From positions 305,970 through 369,969 of the forward strand of contig JAWQFM010000032.1 of assembly GCA_033442325.1 (NCBI GenBank): 64,000 nucleotides of DNA, in the 5' to 3' direction. Of this stretch, positions 1 to 16,010 are shown one piece after another (within the stretch, counting starts at the first letter, position 1; every line of letters starts with the position of its first letter). The stretch is from Salpingoeca rosetta (lineage: Eukaryota > Protista > Choanoflagellata). The notes under the pieces are model-generated. The model ran no database searches, was not told the DNA's origin, and saw only the letters and a program-made list of their open reading frames with translations. The position numbers and the translations under genes were made by a program.

Positions 1-22
1 GTGTGTGTGCACAATGACTCAC

Positions 23-145
23 CCCTTGGTTTGCGCGGTTTGCCATGATCCTGTGTTGTTACACACACAAACGATGATGGAGATGCAATGTGAGTGGACC
101 CCGCAGGATGTGGTAGGAAGCAGTGCATGGCAGGTGGCACACACG

Positions 146-190
<45 letters not shown>

Positions 191-1213
191 GAACGGACAG
201 TTGAAAACACACACACACACATACACAGACTCCAACCCTCTCACTTGTCGATGTCGACGTCGACGTATCCGGACTTCTTGCGCTCGTCGTCGCGTTTGGC
301 GAGACGCCGCGCACTGTCAATCTGTGATGTCACCGCCGTGAGGATGATGATGATGGGGGTGCAGTGGTGGTGCGGTGGTGGTGGTGTTGGGGTGGTGGTT
401 AGCAGGGGAAGAAGGTGGGTAAGTATTGGATGACACACACAGACACAGACACACGCACACACACACGCACATATGCACACACACACATACACACGCATGC
501 ACACACGTGCACGCACGCATACACACACCACCATCTCCCCAACCTCCCCAAACAGCACCACGTGCACGTACAAAGTCCTGTCCGCGCTTCTTGATGGAGA
601 GGTCGGCATCGTCGTAATCATCGTCGTCGTCCTCTGTATCCTTGCGGCTGCGGGGTTGCAGTGGGCTGTGGAGAGGGTGGCGGTGCACGTTGACGACGTG
701 ACAATGCAGATTGGGGGAGGGGGGACGTTGCAGTGAGTGGGCTGTCATGAGGAGCAGGAGCAACAGCAGAAAAGCAACAACAGGAAAGCATGCATGACTT
801 GGTTATCTATTGCGGAAGGTGGCAGTCGATGAGTATGCTTGTGGACGAACAGAGACAACCAACACGCACACACACACACACGCACACACGCGTAGCCTTC
901 CCTACCCGCCTGACTCACTTCCACAGTTGTGGTTCCGAGTACTCAGAGTCGCGCTGGGGCTTTGGAACGTTCCTGACCGTGCCGTTGTGTGGACGGTATC
1001 AGTTGTCGGCGTGTGCAGCAAGACCAATGACATGTGAACATGACATGGCATGAGATGACACAGGTGAGATGACATGTGAATGTCACCCCATTTCACAAGG
1101 AGCCAACAACGTACAAGAACGCATTCTCCTTTCGTTTTGCAGTTGACAGCAGAGGGACTGCACCTAAAGTCTGGCACGGTGTCTTGCGGGAGGGAGTAGC
1201 CATCGTCGCCCAT
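23..1213 (-). CDS. Unknown acidic, tyrosine-motif-rich protein; 5' part, probably continuing off the left edge
   Basis: Phase-compatible GT-AG exons 1213-1164, 972-919, 647-572, 321-245 and 50-23 join to MGDDGYSLPQDTVPDFRNVPKPQRDSEYSEPQLWNRKDTEDDDDDYDDADLSIKKRGQDFIDSARRLAKRDDERKKSGYVDVDIDKIMANRANQG. If the intron at 244 is not spliced, TGA at 241-243 ends an 86-aa product. Confidence 0.6.
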
Positions 1214-1843
1214 GGTTGTTGGTTGATTTAAGGTCCCCTCTTGGTCACACAAGACAAGCGCTGCTGAACGATGTTCCTGTGTCTTCTTCTCCTGATCAAC
1301 AAAGGTACATGCATGCATGTGTGTGTGTGTGTGAAGGTTAAACGGTGGGGTGAGCGCGCAATACGAGGGAGAGAAGAAGGTGTTGATCGAAGGCAGCATC
1401 ACAACTGACAAGTTCGGGAACAAGGAAGGAAGGGATGCCGTGTTGAGGTGTGGCAGGCGCCAAAAGGAAAGGGGGTGGTTGGCGATCAAAACACCTCCAC
1501 CAACGCGTGCGACAAGGAAGGACATTCAAGGCAAACGAGGCAGCACCAAACGCTTTTGTCGCGTCTCCGTTCTTTGCACTGCCAACACCTTTCGCCACTC
1601 AGCCTCATACACAGGCGTGTGTGTTCACTGCCCTGCTTTGATCGCAGCTTCATTGACCAACGAACGCACGTCTGCTTGCACCATGGCACACAACCCCTCC
1701 TCCATCCAACTCACTCTTGTCTGCGAGACGTGGCGATACGTGTGGTGTCCTCCTCGCTTTCCTTCTTCTTGCCTCAAGCAGCAAAACACACACAACCCAA
1801 AAATGCACAATTTCGTCCATTTTGGACAAGCCGCTGCTTTTGG

Positions 1844-1898
<55 letters not shown>

Positions 1899-1916
1899 TG
1901 TGTGTGTGTGTGTGTG

Positions 1917-1970
<54 letters not shown>

Positions 1971-1981
1971 CTGTGTGTGTG

Positions 1982-2471
1982 NNNNNNNNNNNNNNNNNNN
2001 NNNNNNNNNNNNNNNNNNNNNNNNNNNNNNNNNNNNNNNNNNNNNNNNNNNNNNNNNNNNNNNNNNNNNNNNNNNNNNNNNNNNNNNNNNNNNNNNNNNN
2101 NNNNNNNNNNNNNNNNNNNNNNNNNNNNNNNNNNNNNNNNNNNNNNNNNNNNNNNNNNNNNNNNNNNNNNNNNNNNNNNNNNNNNNNNNNNNNNNNNNNN
2201 NNNNNNNNNNNNNNNNNNNNNNNNNNNNNNNNNNNNNNNNNNNNNNNNNNNNNNNNNNNNNNNNNNNNNNNNNNNNNNNNNNNNNNNNNNNNNNNNNNNN
2301 NNNNNNNNNNNNNNNNNNNNNNNNNNNNNNNNNNNNNNNNNNNNNNNNNNNNNNNNNNNNNNNNNNNNNNNNNNNNNNNNNNNNNNNNNNNNNNNNNNNN
2401 NNNNNNNNNNNNNNNNNNNNNNNNNNNNNNNNNNNNNNNNNNNNNNNNNNNNNNNNNNNNNNNNNNNNNNN
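1982..2471. other. Assembly gap (others at 5827-5926, 13507-14130, 39356-39455, 43544-43960)
   Basis: N runs, each bordered by a microsatellite on at least one side. Confidence 0.99.
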
Positions 2472-2472
2472 G

Positions 2473-2622
<150 letters not shown>

Positions 2623-2783
2623 ACTAACATGCTCTCAATTCACAATTCACTCACCACCACGAGCTCGAGTGTGAGTGTCAGTAGGGTCACGTTATTTAAG
2701 GTCAAGCACAAACAAAAAACAGGGTCTTTCACGTCGGGCTCGCGCAAGAAAACACGGTCGTTAAACCACCACCCCTCACTTAC

Positions 2784-5195
2784 TCACTCTGCTTCATCAC
2801 CACCTTCATCCTCACCCTCCTCCCCACCCTCACCCTCCTCCCCACCCTCCTCACCCTCCTCACCACCCACCTCACCCTCACCACCGCCATCTGCGTGGTC
2901 CACCATGTGCCGGAAGGGCTGCGCCTCCGTGGAGAGGAGGCCCAGGATGCTGTCCAGCTTTGTCAGGTCAGGCAGCCGCGCGTCAAGCGCAAACTGGATG
3001 GGCTCAATGCCCAAGTTGCGCAACGCAGCCGTCATGACGCCAGTCTGGTTTGGCTCCAAAAACGACACAAACACAATCTGCGCCGGGTGCACCTCCGTGT
3101 AGTACTTGTAAAACAGCTGGTGGAAGTACAAGCCATCGTGCTTCATGTTCTCCTTCTCGTCTGTCACCACCACAAACGTCTTCACCACCCGCCGCTCCGA
3201 GTAGAACTCGGCCAGCGCAGCTGCCGGTGCCGTCTGCCGGTCCGCACGCGTGGTGGACACAACATCCAGCACGTCGGCAGCCGTCCTTGGCACGGTATCT
3301 GGGCACGTGCTCTCCGTGTTGAAGAAGCGAAGGTCGCCCTCCGTCAGGGCGGCCACGACGCTGCTGATGATGACAGACACGCGGATGGCCACGTCCATGG
3401 AGTACGATGCGTCGCCAAGCACGACAACAGGCGGGGCAAGGTCCACGTCCAGGCGGCGCAGGTGCTCCTCGGCAAGCGGCAGCAGCAGCGGTATAAGCGG
3501 GGACGCGGCGTGCTGCTGCTTGAGGTACAGCAGTCGCTCCATCAGCTTGCCATATGGGAGGGTCGGGTGGTCCCCTTGGTGGATGCGTTCGGCAAGCACC
3601 GTGTCCAGGTTGGGCGTGTACAGCTCGTGGTGCCACCACAGGCACGTGTTGATGGGCGCATACGACGCCACCTGCAGCTTGCACGCCTCCGACAGGGCGT
3701 CGCTGTCGCCCTTGCCGTGCAGGCGCAGGAAGGAGTAGGGCGGGCGCCACTTGCGGATGACGCTCAGCGCCGTGGATTGCGTCATGTGCTTGCAGGCAGC
3801 GACCATCGAGTCCTCCGGCGGCTCCTCCCCAAACACACGCGGCATGAACCAGGGCAGCTGCACCCCGCGCGCAGGGTTCACGTGCACCAGGTCGGCCAGC
3901 TCTTGCCACGGCTCCGGTGGCAGCTGCAGCGCAAAGTACTCCAGCTTGCTTGCAGGCACACGCGCCACAAGCTGGCGCACGTACCTCGCACACGCGCCCG
4001 TCAGCGTGGCGCCGCCCACATACTCCGCGCACGCGCGCGTGTCTTCAAGCTGCTTGCGCAGGCGCATAACACGCCCCTTGAACGGTGCAGGGAGCTCGGG
4101 CACGCTGTCCTCAACCGTTCGCTGTTGCCTGTGGTGGCGCCCGCGCCCGCGTGTGCCCGTTCGACCCCGACCACGGCCACGACCACGACCACGACCACGA
4201 TGGTTGCGGTGTCGCTGGTACCGCACACCACGACGCTGCTGCTGCTGTTGCTGCTGTTGCTGCTGCTGGTCCTCGCCGTCGTCGTCGTCGTCGTTGTCAC
4301 GGGATCCATCATCATCATCATCGTGGTCCTGCTGTGGTGTCACCGCGTTCTTGTCCTTCCCCTGGTTCTGTTTCTCCCCCTCCTCTTCCTCCTCTTTCTT
4401 GTCCTTGCGCTCACCCTTGGTCACCTTTGATGCCTTCTTCTCCTTCGCCTGCTCTTCTTCTTCTTGTTCACTCTTCTTCGCCTTTGCGCGGGCAATGAGG
4501 CGTTGCCTCTTCTCCTCCGCACGGGCCTGCATGCGCTCCACCCTGCCCTCCAGCTGGCGAACAAGCCGCGCAGTGTCCAGGATCTTCAGCGCCCGCAGCA
4601 GCTCCGGCAGCCCAAACACGTCCGCCACACCCATGTCCTCGCCCAGAAGGCCGTTCACCTCGCCAGAGAGCACGTACTCCACAAAGGAGCGGTCCTTGCG
4701 TGCAAGCGCAGCCGCGAGGGCACGCGCCTTTGCGCCGTGGTGCAGGTCCACACGGCAACGAAGCAAGATGTCAAGCACGGCGCGGTATGCGCGAGGGTGC
4801 TGCGTCTGCAGCGTGTGGTGTTGCTCGAAGGTGCTGCGTGGCGACAGGAAGGCCGCCTTGATGCGGTGCGCCAGCGTCTCCGGCTGTGGGATGTCGAGCT
4901 TGACCATCTCGGGCGGGTTTGCGTCAAAGTCTGGCGGGCGGCCGTCGCTGTTGGCGTACTCGCGCACGTCGAAACCACCTTGATCATCGCCCGCACCAAC
5001 CTCCAGGAACGCCTGCGCCTCCTTCAGGTCGCCGTCAAACATGTCAAGGACAGCCATGAGTGTGTCTTCGTTCAGCTCGAAGCCATTGCCTGCAAAGTAG
5101 CGCTTGAGCCGCTTGACGCCCCGCTTCCTCTCCTCTGCGCGCTGCTGCTCCTCTTCCACCTGCACACCGCCGTTGCTGTTCACCTGCGATGCCAT
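2784..5195 (-). CDS. 803-aa protein: N-terminal CUE/UBA-like domain, RG-repeat region, helical TROVE-like region, C-terminal vWA (MIDAS) domain
   Basis: Uninterrupted 2.4-kb ORF. NEDTLMAVLDMFDGDLKEAQAFL is CUE-like; contains RGRGRGRGRGRGR; vWA motifs VVVLGDASYS (DxSxS), TAPAAAL and FVVVTDE. The stop overlaps a donor-like GTGAGT, so the 3' end could be spliced further. Confidence 0.8.
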   Translation of the reverse strand: MASQVNSNGGVQVEEEQQRAEERKRGVKRLKRYFAGNGFELNEDTLMAVLDMFDGDLKEAQAFLEVGAGDDQGGFDVREYANSDGRPPDFDANPPEMVKLDIPQPETLAHRIKAAFLSPRSTFEQHHTLQTQHPRAYRAVLDILLRCRVDLHHGAKARALAAALARKDRSFVEYVLSGEVNGLLGEDMGVADVFGLPELLRALKILDTARLVRQLEGRVERMQARAEEKRQRLIARAKAKKSEQEEEEQAKEKKASKVTKGERKDKKEEEEEGEKQNQGKDKNAVTPQQDHDDDDDGSRDNDDDDDGEDQQQQQQQQQQQRRGVRYQRHRNHRGRGRGRGRGRGRTGTRGRGRHHRQQRTVEDSVPELPAPFKGRVMRLRKQLEDTRACAEYVGGATLTGACARYVRQLVARVPASKLEYFALQLPPEPWQELADLVHVNPARGVQLPWFMPRVFGEEPPEDSMVAACKHMTQSTALSVIRKWRPPYSFLRLHGKGDSDALSEACKLQVASYAPINTCLWWHHELYTPNLDTVLAERIHQGDHPTLPYGKLMERLLYLKQQHAASPLIPLLLPLAEEHLRRLDVDLAPPVVVLGDASYSMDVAIRVSVIISSVVAALTEGDLRFFNTESTCPDTVPRTAADVLDVVSTTRADRQTAPAAALAEFYSERRVVKTFVVVTDEKENMKHDGLYFHQLFYKYYTEVHPAQIVFVSFLEPNQTGVMTAALRNLGIEPIQFALDARLPDLTKLDSILGLLSTEAQPFRHMVDHADGGGEGEVGGEEGEEGGEEGEGGEEGEDEGGDEAE

Positions 5196-7229
<2,034 letters not shown>

Positions 7230-8389
7230 CACGCGTGCTCTCTCTCTCTCTCTCGTGTATGTGTGTATCGTGTCTGTCTGCCTGTCTGTCAGCCTGTCTG
7301 TCTGTCTGTCTGCACGTGCACACTTTGAGTCTGTTCCCTGTGCTCCACATCCTTCCCTCCTCCTTTCACCTCCATTTCCCTCCTTTTCCTCCCCCCCCCC
7401 TTCTCTCTTTTCCTCAGTTCTCTCGTTGAATGAAACCAATGCCTGTGTATTGGGAACGGTGATTCTGATATTGCACCATGACCATGGTGGTGAACGCGTG
7501 TTAGGAGCAGGAAAGCAGGAGCAATGCGCCCGTAAAACCAGTGGCGTGACGTCAACAGAATGACAACAACACCCATGCAGACGCATTTGCAACCCAGGAA
7601 AGTTATGTGCATGTGCAATAAAGGAGGAAAGCTAGTAAAGGTGCACCAAACACGCAGACAGCAAACAAGGCCGCGGGGTGAAGGTGACAAACGAACGACC
7701 AGCCGCAATGAACAAAGCGACGACGTCTGGGTGAGCGTGACGCTCAAAGCGTTAAGGAGGGGAGGGGGTGGCATCAAGCCACTTAACAGGCAGCAGGCAT
7801 ACCAGCAAGAACGCGGCCTGCAAAAAAGGCGAAGCTAAGCACACGCAGCGTTGATACGTTGATAAACACCACGCGTGCGCCCCGTGTACGCAATAACACA
7901 AAGAGCGCCCGCGTCTAGGGACAGGCGGTCAGGGAAGCGTGATATGTCAAATATGTTGGGGTTGGCAATAAGAGAGGGCTAACGCGAGTTGAAGAAAACA
8001 CAGAAGGAAAGGGGGAAGCTGGGAGATGTACATGCAATGTGATTGAGACATGTCAATGGCAAATCAAATGTCACCAACCCACAAGCACCTTCAAGAAGCG
8101 AGGATAGACAAGTGTGTTTGTGTGTGTTTGTGTGCGTGCGTGTGTGTGTGTGCATTGGGCCAAGCCACGATGAGGCACAGCCTGCTGTTGTGGATCGGGT
8201 ATGATGCAATGGACCGCACAGGAGGGTAGTGGAGAAGGCGACGACAACAACCAACAACCATCAACCAATAATCAACAACCATCAACGACCAACCAACGAC
8301 AACCAACAACCAATGATCTTGTAACAGTAGCCACGTCCTCCAAGGAAGAACAGCGGCGGCGACGGCATCACATCGCCAACGCGTCGTCC

Positions 8390-9864
8390 TCACATGGCGC
8401 TCGTCAGCAGGCGTAGGCTGGTCGCTGTGAACGAGTTGCCGAGATCCCCAAACGGGAGATCAATGTCCAGGTCATCCAACACGCTGTGGTGCTGGTGGTG
8501 CTGGTGGTGGGCTGCTGTGCGGTGACGCGTGCTGCGTGCGTGCGAACGAGATGACGAGCTGTGTGCACTCAGTGCATGATCATCAGCATCATCATCATCG
8601 ACATCGACATTGACATGGACATCCTTTGCGTCAGCAGCGCTGGCAGTGCGGTGGTCACCACGGTGCGACGTGTTGTTTCGCTCATGCTCCTCAAGGGCAA
8701 ACGTAAACGAGCTCACAAATGGCGCGGCGCCATCGCTGTCATCGCTGTCGTTGCCGCCGCTGCTGCGCGTGCTTGTGGTACGCGTGCTGCTGTTGCTGTA
8801 TTGGCGCCTGCCGGCTGCATCTGTCTTCTTGAATGTGGGCGTGAACAGCGGCTGCTCCTCCTGGTCCTTTGCAAACGCGCGCAAGTTGGTTGGGGCAGAC
8901 GCAACCGTGTTCAGAGGCAGCGGCTTCAAAACAATGCCGCCGTAGCCGCCGCTGCCATAAGCCTTGCTCGTGCTGTGCGACGATGGCGTGTTGGTGTAGC
9001 AGCCTGGCCGGCTGTTCGCGTGCTGCTGGTACTGCTGGTGTGGTGAACCCTGCTGCATCTGATGCTGCTGGTAGGTGTCGTGGTGACTGTTGCGACGGCT
9101 GCCGTGGCCGTGGCCGTGGAAGGCTGCGCCGTGTGCACCGGGGACACCGAACGTAGGGGTGGGCGGTAGCTCCATGTGAAGCTCTGTCTCCAACATGTGT
9201 TCCCCAAGCACCCACGCGTCAAGGGCATCCACGGAGAGGGATGGTGACGAAGTCGACGACGACGACGACGACGATGATGACGAGGACGCGCGATGGTGCT
9301 GTTGGTGGTGATGTGTAAAGGAAGTGGACGAGGCAAGGGACGTGGTGGACGGTGCTGGTGCGAGCGGGGAGGAGCCCTCGTTGTCGCAATCAGAGAGGCC
9401 GCCAGTGCTGCCGGTTGACGCTGACGACCACTGCACCACGTCGTGATCGTCAATGTGGTCAGGGCGGTGGTGCGGGCCTCGTGTGCGTGTTCGCGAGCGC
9501 TTGCTGCGCTTGGTTGCAGGCTGTCCACACGTGCACAGTGACGTTGCTGGCGACGATGACGATGGGAACGGTGTGTCTGCGGCCATCACCATGCCACCAA
9601 CACGCCCGCGCAGATCAACAGCTGCGCCACTGCCACTGCCGCGCGTGTGTGCGCTGCAGCTGGCACACATGCTGCCCTGTGCGGCTGTTGCTGTGGTGTC
9701 GAGCGGAGAGTCAAAGTCGAGCAGAAACTCCCAGCCGTGCTTGAAGACATCGGAGCTTGGCCGCGTGCGTGGCAGGTGCCCTGGTGTCTGGCTGTTGCTG
9801 TACTGCAGCGACTTGCGGCTGCTCGAATGCTTGTGCTTGTGCTTGCCCGCGTGCGCGTGTGTGC

Positions 9865-9906
<42 letters not shown>

Positions 9907-10572
9907 CGTCGTCATCACTGTCATCGCTTGTGCATGTGTGGCGCCGCTTGCTGGTGCGGCGAGAGGCCCGTGACGACGAGAGCTCCTCCGTCTTGATCTT
10001 GAGCTTCAGCGCACCAGCACCAGCAGTGCCAGTGCCGCTGTTCGATGAGCGAGCTGACGATTTGGACTTGCGTGCCGATGCTGTCGATGAAGTCGACACG
10101 ACAATCCAGCACGCGTTGCAAGACGGCTTGTCGGTCTTCCCCTTGCGCGCGCGGCGGAAGCGGGCGTTGTTCAACAGCTCCTGCCGCACAAGCGTCTGCG
10201 AAAATGCGGGTGGAGGGACGTGGTACGGGACGTGGTGAGGGAGGGAAACAATGGTGCAGCAAGGAACTTTGACAGCACACACACCACACAACACAGCACA
10301 ACACAACACACGCACGCACGCACACACGCAGCACAACACGCACACACACAGCACAACACACGCACGCACACACACACACACATGCACACACACACACCTT
10401 GAGGGCTGCCTGCTGCTGCTTGGTGAGGAAAGGGTGCTCGGCGACAATGGCCTTAACAATCTGCAGAGAGGTGAGGCCGGTTGGCTTCGTCTCCTGCACC
10501 TCAGAGAGCGTGTGCGCAATGAGGTTGGCCAGTTGGCGGGACGCGCGTGCGCTCCGGCGCTGTGATGACGAT

Positions 10573-10604
<32 letters not shown>

Positions 10605-11042
10605 TGAGGATGAGGAGGATTTGGAGCTGCCGCGTGTGCCTGCTTTGGTGGTCGCTGCCGCCTTGCCTGTTGCCGTGGATGGTGTGTTGGATGCAGTGGA
10701 CGCTGAGGCTGCCGCGCCGCACTGTGTGAGCCAGGCAAGGAGGGACGGCGGCATATGCGTTGGCGCGTCAGCTGCGGAGGACGTTGCGTTGCCGCTGTGT
10801 TCGCCATCGTGGCCGGTGCTGCTGCCCGCAGACGCCGCGCTTGACGCTGCTGTTGTGCCAGCGCCCTTGCACAGCAGAGACGCGTGAAGGCCCCGGTGCG
10901 ATGCCGCTGGCGTTGCGGGTGCATCTGTCTCAACAGAGGGGCACTTGATGGTGATGGTGGTGAGCCAGTCGAGGGCGGTGAGGTCGTCGGTGTCCGAAGA
11001 AGTGGCGGCCGCCGCCGTGGCCGCTGCCGTTGTGCTGGACAT
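8390..11042 (-). CDS. Divergent forkhead/winged-helix transcription factor-like protein (~816 aa, 2 exons: 11042-10398, 10195-8390)
   Basis: N-terminal DDLTALDWL resembles the FoxJ1/FoxN LTxLxWL motif. The joined exons give LANLIAHTL..GLTSLQIVKAIVAEHPFL..ALKTLVRQELLNNARFRRARKGKTDKPSCNACWIV, with forkhead helix/wing spacing. Long low-complexity Ser/His/Gln tail with acidic-hydrophobic patches. Confidence 0.65.
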
Positions 11043-12902
11043 GGCGCTGTTGCTGTTGCTGCTGGTTTGGTCCGTGACGGATGTGCTGCTGGTGTGGATG
11101 GAGATTGGTGCGCACCCGCTCGTGCTGCGTGAGCGCTCGTTTGATCTGGCTTGTGTTTTGAGGGTTGGTGTTGGTGAAAATGGTCAAACCGACGATGCTG
11201 CGCTGAGGTTAGCTGGAGTTGCTGTGTCGTGTCAGGTGGTTGGTGTTTGTTGGAGGCGGTGTGGTTGTGGTTGTTGTGGAATGAGGAAGAGGAGCGAGCG
11301 AGCTGGAGGGGAAAAAATGAGACGTGCCGGTGTGTGGCGGCTCGCAAGCGTTGCGAGCGCACTCGTGAGCGCGTACGCGGCAACGGACACGGGGGTCGAA
11401 AATACAGAAACCCTTTGGCAGGGTGTTGCCGCACACTTCAGTCAGTCCGGCAACGGTCACAACCGACAGCAACGGTTGTGCTGATACGTGGGAGTGTTGT
11501 TGGGGCAGCGAGTGCTGAAATTTTGGGTTCGTCAGCTGCGATGGAGGTGATGATCTTGATGGAGCGGTGCTGTGCTTGTTTGCGTGGTGGTTGAGTCGGG
11601 TTGAGTGGTGGTATGGAACTTGTGGTTGTGGTTGCGGTTGTGGTTGCGGTCGTGGGTTGTGGGTTGGGTTGAGCTATCCAGGCGGCTAACTGACGCAAGT
11701 GGGCGATTCCGAGACGCGAGATGGGGGCTTGATATGGGTTGGACACTCGCAGTGGTGCGGCACAGAGATGGCTGATGGGAGTCGAGGCCAGATGGATAAA
11801 TGGCGCGCTGGCTTGGAAAATGAAGCAGACGGAGACGCGGCGGGCGGATCTCGATATCAGCAGAGAGACGAGGTGATGTGTGTATGTGTGTGCCTGCTGC
11901 TGATTGACATGAGAATGGCGGCACAACACAACGACACCAACAAGGGTGATGATCACACACACACGCGAGTGCATGCGGGGCACGCAACGATGATGAGAAA
12001 AAGAAAACGGTCGATGCAAGATGCAACTTAAACTACACAGCACGTACACACACACACACAGCACAGCACGCACACATTGCATGACGGATGTTTCAGTGCA
12101 TGTGGCAGTGGAGCGTGTGCGCATGTGCATGTGTGTGCATGTGTGTGTGTGTGTTTGCGTGTGTGATCATCATCCACATCATCGAGCAACGGCGTGATGA
12201 AAGGTCATAAGAGAAGAAGGAAGGAAAAGCAACCACATATCAACACACTAGATGGTTGGCAAACCCTGACACCCTTCAACATCCAGCAAGTGGGTTTGGG
12301 TGGTGTTGGGTCAAACCAAGTGGATGCATTTGCATGCGTGTGCGTGTGTGTGTGCATGTGTGTGTGTTTGTGTCATATCGGATGACGTTGTGGGGAAGAA
12401 GGAAAGGAAGGAAGGAACGGAAAGGAACCAAGAAACAGAAGAGCAAGAAGTCTGCTGTGTGTGTGGTGGCAGTGCAAACAACAAGCACAGCGGCCAACGG
12501 TTTTGCCAGTGAAACGTCGTTGGTGGGGGCAAGAAAAGCTGACGAACACGCGGCACGTCACCCAACGCGTTGAAACGCACATGTCGCAAGAGCGCGCGAA
12601 GGTTTCGCAAAACAGGGTTGGGTGGGCGGTTGGGTGTATTCGCACACTTCGCGCCACAAACCCTGACAATATTGGTGGCGTTGGTGGCGATGTATGGCAA
12701 TACGCACCTTCGTGGTTTGTGACGCGAGCCGGGCCAAAGTGGACGTCTTCAGGCCTGCTGAGGTAGCGATGGGGATGATGATGATGAGAACGAGATGTAA
12801 TTTGGCAGTGTCAAACATGTGCATGTGCTGCATGTGCTGCATGTGCTGCATGTGCTGCAAGTGTGTGTTGCGCGTGCCTCTCTCGGCCTATCTACCTTCG
12901 GC

Positions 12903-12958
<56 letters not shown>

Positions 12959-13440
12959 GTGTGGCTCACCTTCAGACGACGGGGGGATGGATTATGAGCA
13001 CCGAGGTGGCGGCGCGGGTGGGGAAAGGCACGCGCACGCACACGTACACACACGCGCACGTACAGACAGGCGCACTCACTCCGGCGAAGATCGCAGGCAA
13101 GTAACAACAGGCTGGGTGGCAGGCAAGCAGGTTGTTTTGAAATGAGAGGCACTGCAATGGTGCGGAATCACACGGCAAGAAGAGGAAGAAAAGGAAGAAA
13201 AGGGGGGAAAACAAGAAGCAAGCAAGCAAGAAGGGCGGAGCAGTCGCGTGTGCGCCTTGGTTCTTCTTGTTTTGGTTGTTGCGCGCAAAATTTTGCAGAG
13301 GACGCATCGAAAATACAAGCGGCAGCGTGTGGATTGGTCCAAGTCTTGGCCAATTGTCGTGTCACAGCATTTGCGTTGCCAAGCGGTGTTGTGACGTCAC
13401 ACATCACTGTGTGTCTGTCTGTCTGTCTGTGCGTGCGTGC

Positions 13441-13506
<66 letters not shown>

Positions 13507-14130
13507 NNNNNNNNNNNNNNNNNNNNNNNNNNNNNNNNNNNNNNNNNNNNNNNNNNNNNNNNNNNNNNNNNNNNNNNNNNNNNNNNNNNNNNNNNNNNNN
13601 NNNNNNNNNNNNNNNNNNNNNNNNNNNNNNNNNNNNNNNNNNNNNNNNNNNNNNNNNNNNNNNNNNNNNNNNNNNNNNNNNNNNNNNNNNNNNNNNNNNN
13701 NNNNNNNNNNNNNNNNNNNNNNNNNNNNNNNNNNNNNNNNNNNNNNNNNNNNNNNNNNNNNNNNNNNNNNNNNNNNNNNNNNNNNNNNNNNNNNNNNNNN
13801 NNNNNNNNNNNNNNNNNNNNNNNNNNNNNNNNNNNNNNNNNNNNNNNNNNNNNNNNNNNNNNNNNNNNNNNNNNNNNNNNNNNNNNNNNNNNNNNNNNNN
13901 NNNNNNNNNNNNNNNNNNNNNNNNNNNNNNNNNNNNNNNNNNNNNNNNNNNNNNNNNNNNNNNNNNNNNNNNNNNNNNNNNNNNNNNNNNNNNNNNNNNN
14001 NNNNNNNNNNNNNNNNNNNNNNNNNNNNNNNNNNNNNNNNNNNNNNNNNNNNNNNNNNNNNNNNNNNNNNNNNNNNNNNNNNNNNNNNNNNNNNNNNNNN
14101 NNNNNNNNNNNNNNNNNNNNNNNNNNNNNN

Positions 14131-14197
<67 letters not shown>

Positions 14198-14208
14198 GAT
14201 AAGCAAAC

Positions 14209-15801
<1,593 letters not shown>

Positions 15802-16010
15802 CGTCCTTTTGCTCCTTTGGTTAATTTAATATAAAAAAATGCATCAGGGATTCCATGAAGTTTTAATGCATCGAAAGTGACAGGTCAACGCCCACCAACG
15901 GCAACAATAATTTGACAGGAGCAACAAAGCGAAAGCGTTCATTCATTCATTCATATCACTGCATGTCAACCTACGTTCCCGCCCTCCTCCTTCTCCGATC
16001 GTTTTCCACC
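15802..16010. promoter_or_regulatory. Putative bidirectional promoter between BAG1 and the AIM24-family gene
   Basis: Divergent ATGs 209 bp apart; AT-rich TTAATTTAATATAAAAAAA tract. Confidence 0.5.

Noticed and set aside
8390-11434. 1014-aa single ORF
   Set aside because: It reads through an intron and its 5' part is in the wrong frame; the spliced 2-exon model restores a coherent forkhead-like domain.
12694-13104. Possible small spliced + strand gene (MAIRTFVVCDASRAKVDVFRPAE...)
   Set aside because: Splice-like signals and a GT tract are present, but there is no recognisable product; it cannot be supported without transcripts.
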